Of a DNA stretch of 64,000 bases, positions 61,201-64,000 are shown one piece after another (positions within the stretch are counted from its first letter, which is position 1; each line of letters starts with the position of its first letter). The notes under the pieces were generated by a model. The model ran no database searches. It was not told where the DNA came from and was given only the letters and a program-made list of their open reading frames with translations. Position numbers and translations under genes: made by a program. This DNA is from Coniocarpon cinnabarinum (taxonomy: Eukaryota), in the NCBI GenBank assembly GCA_051942205.1, contig JAVECO010000051.1, positions 1 to 64,000 on the forward strand, in the 5' to 3' direction.

Positions 61201-63217
61201 CGGGGCTTTAGATTTGAAGGCTTCGGAATGCGAACGTATCGGCCCATCACCCAGTCATCATAGGCTCTGACAAAGTCCGTCCATCGCTCGCCGTCATCAG
61301 GTGTTGGGACCTTTTCCCAGACCACGTCTTCGTAGCCAAGGCCTTTGTACTTGGTTAACGCGCTGTCGACCTCTTTGATCCTAGCTTTGTCGACCTCCTC
61401 AGCGCGAGTATCGACGATGCTGGTAAATTTGACGTCGAAAATGATATCAATGCGCAGGTAGTCTTCTGGGATTGCTTCTTCGGTCGTCCTCACGGGTAGA
61501 TTCGTGCCATCAATTCTCTTCGCAAAAGCCTTTCGCATCGCCACCGCAGTAACACCCCATGTCCAGGCTCCAGGCATCCATAGCGCTCGGAAGTATGACT
61601 TGTTCTCCCATTTGATGAGGTACTCTTTCGCATCCTCACTGACCTCAGTCCCGTCAAGATCCATGTCGAACTCGAGGTCAACAGGACGCCACGCGACAAG
61701 ACCTGCAATCTTTGCTGGCGCGGTTGCACATTCTTTACACGTCCAGTCATAGCCAAACTCCCGCAGTCGCTCATCCGCGAGTACATCATCGTCTGTGCCA
61801 ATGTCCATTGCATCAGATTTAGACGCGAGATGATGATAGTGGAAAGCTCGCCAACAACGAACACAGCGGAAAAGTACATTGTCGGGATTGTTGATAAGCT
61901 TAGTCCCAACAGGCGCGACGGGATCAACGCCATCGTTTTCTTCGCGCTCGCGCTCCTCCTGCACGGGTGTCTTTCGCTTTCTAAAGGGCTTGCATGCGGG
62001 TCCAGTGTCACGACATGATTGACACATCGCCTGGTCTGGAGCTGCAGGATCCTTTCGCCGAGCCAAGTTCACACATCGTCGACATTGCAATACGAACTCA
62101 TCATCGTCCACCTTGGTGACGAGATGCTCACGATTTGTCCGGTGGCCGAGACACGGCTTGTGATAGGCCAGCGAGCAGCCTTGACAATACACGAGCGGAC
62201 CTTGAGCCCCGGCGCGATTGCCACAGGTATCACATTGTTGCATGTGCCGCCTGGCGAACGGATGTGTCCGAGACATGTCCTGAAACTTCTCGCGCGTCAC
62301 GGTGATTTTGGGTGCTGCTGGTCGACGATCGTCTTCAGAATCCGAGCGGAAGATATCATTGACATCTGCTTCTTGCATATTCCCGCGTGCACGTGTTGCG
62401 CGATCAGATGCTCGGATACCGGATTTGCGTGCCTTCTCGAATCTGATGCCATTGACGCTGCTGGATGGACGGCCAGACTGTCTCACGACACTTCGCATAC
62501 TCTCGCGCTTCCGCTTCTTGGGCAAAACGTCTGATGTCAGCAAGTCAATGTCGTCGGCTTCATCTGATTCTTCCGACTCTTCCATCTCGAATGCTTCTTG
62601 CTCTCTTGCTCGCTTTTTGAGCTCCTTCTGCCTCCGCGAAGCACGGCGTCCACTCTCTTCTTCATCGTCTGATTCTGTGGATGACGCTTTGAGCTCATAG
62701 AAGCCTCTGCGGCCTCCGCTTGATCTCAAACTTCTGCTCGATGTATTGACCGCTTTGCGCTTTCGAGTCGGACGAGTAGATGAAGTTCGGGATGATGGGG
62801 CGGCAAGTTCGTCGTCCGAGGATATGAGTGACAGGTTGTTGGATTGTCTTCGAGAACCACTTCGGGCAGGTCGTCGTCTGAGAGGAGGGGCATCGTCTGA
62901 ACTGATTTCCTCGATTTCTTCTTCTTCTGGATTTTCGTAGGCATGAAGAGCTTCTGGGCCACCTTCAAGCTCGAGGATCGTTTGGAAGTCGAGCTATACG
63001 ATTGTCAGCAGGATATCGCACATATTCTTGTCAGCAAGCTTACAATATCCTGATGATCGTCGTCGAAGCGAATCTGGCATTGCAACTGCCCGCTTCCATG
63101 GTCGATCTCTTGCACAACTTTGTTGACCACCGTGCTCAGGGGTACATATTCATAATCATTCTCATTCGGAGGTGGAGGAACGAAGACGCCTTGGAATGCG
63201 CCATCCTCATCCGCCAT
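58284..63217 (-). CDS. mit1: CHD/Mi-2-type chromatin remodeller, Mit1-like (PHD, chromo-like and SNF2 helicase domains)
   Basis: PHD-like CDTC..CQGC..YHKPC, YLIKW, ILADEMGLGKT, VDEGQRLK, LTGTPLQNN, FSQF, LLSTRAGGIGINL and QALSRAHRIGQ, plus C-terminal CCHC-like motifs. Exon 1 (63217-63044) and intron 63043-62994 join in frame to the long ORF. Confidence 0.9.
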
Positions 63218-64000
63218 TGCAACACATGGAATATGAGGGAGAGGGTGGTGTCAGGAACAAGTCTAGTCGAGGGACAGAGATTTAAATAACTTCAGACAGC
63301 TCTCATACTGACAGAGCAACTCTTACATGTGAAGCAGAGCTAATGCACGTGTGTAACTAAAGAAAACTATGCAGGTGAAGCAAATAATCACGTCGCGTCC
63401 TCGCGTTAAGCATGGATGACGGAGTTAATTCCGCCGATGTTGCTTCATCTTGAATTTCAATCTGAGTGTCACTGTGCCATCTCATGTTTATCTTGGAATC
63501 TGTTTACAGACCGCTATGTGCAAGCAGACCATCCCTCATCGCTCTTTCATATAGCCAAGTACGCTATGCGACAATCAATGCGGGCGTCGCACGAGGCCTA
63601 CGCGCTTCTGGCGTGGAACCTGCTTCGAGATCTAAGGTGAAGGGACGGAAGAAACCTCGACGAGGTCCAAATACTGGCGCCCTGGGCCAGTTCAGAAACC
63701 CGTCGAGGAGCTTACCGGCTCCAGATCGTCGCAGAAGAGCGGACGATGGATCCACTTCGCGATCAACGTCTTTTCGAGACGGGCCCCCATCTGCAGATTC
63801 TCGCGGTAGAAATACTCGGACGTCAACCTGGGACGATTCGCGACGGCGAGCTAGCCCAGAGAGATTGCAAGCTGCAAGAAATGGTTTAAGGGACAGACGA
63901 AACACCGATCGACCGTCACCTGCGCAACGATTTTCACAATCCGAACGTCCACGGCGACAATCCTCACATCGCCAGACAGACTACGACGACCCTCAATCCA

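Noticed and set aside
58329..62700. Multiple plus-strand ORFs opposite the Mit1-like gene, and similar antisense ORFs over other genes
   Set aside because: They are antisense shadows of GC-rich coding sequence with no independent motifs.

Overview
Eukaryotic DNA from a filamentous ascomycete (short GT-AG introns with CTRAC/CTAAT branch sites, RIP-like AT-rich block at the left end). Bases 1-1.7 kb are a RIP-mutated repeat relic. From about 2 to 31.6 kb the genes are mostly housekeeping: mitochondrial release factor, ALDH3-type dehydrogenase, sugar porter, PPR protein, IEC3, RSM24, ALG13, GFA, Cdt1-like, Spo73/Mug65-like, AIM24 and DUF427. From about 31.7 to 57.5 kb lies an accessory-looking block, and a Mit1/CHD-type remodeller follows at 58.3-63.2 kb. 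The highlight is a candidate fungal RiPP locus. An intact 4-exon UstYa/DUF3328 oxidase with two HxxHC motifs is transcribed divergently (441 bp apart) from a secreted 149-aa protein made of about 7 acidic 15-aa repeats. These repeats have single-Arg (L/IxxR) junctions and no aromatic residues. A DHA1 MFS exporter and a conotoxin-framework knottin gene lie next to the pair. Also seen: a 150-bp dispersed repeat in 5 copies, a thioesterase whose conserved Trp codon is TGA, a decayed MFS gene, and a decayed ~130-bp tandem coding repeat. Gene models were assembled by eye and family calls rest on motif recognition; no database search was run.
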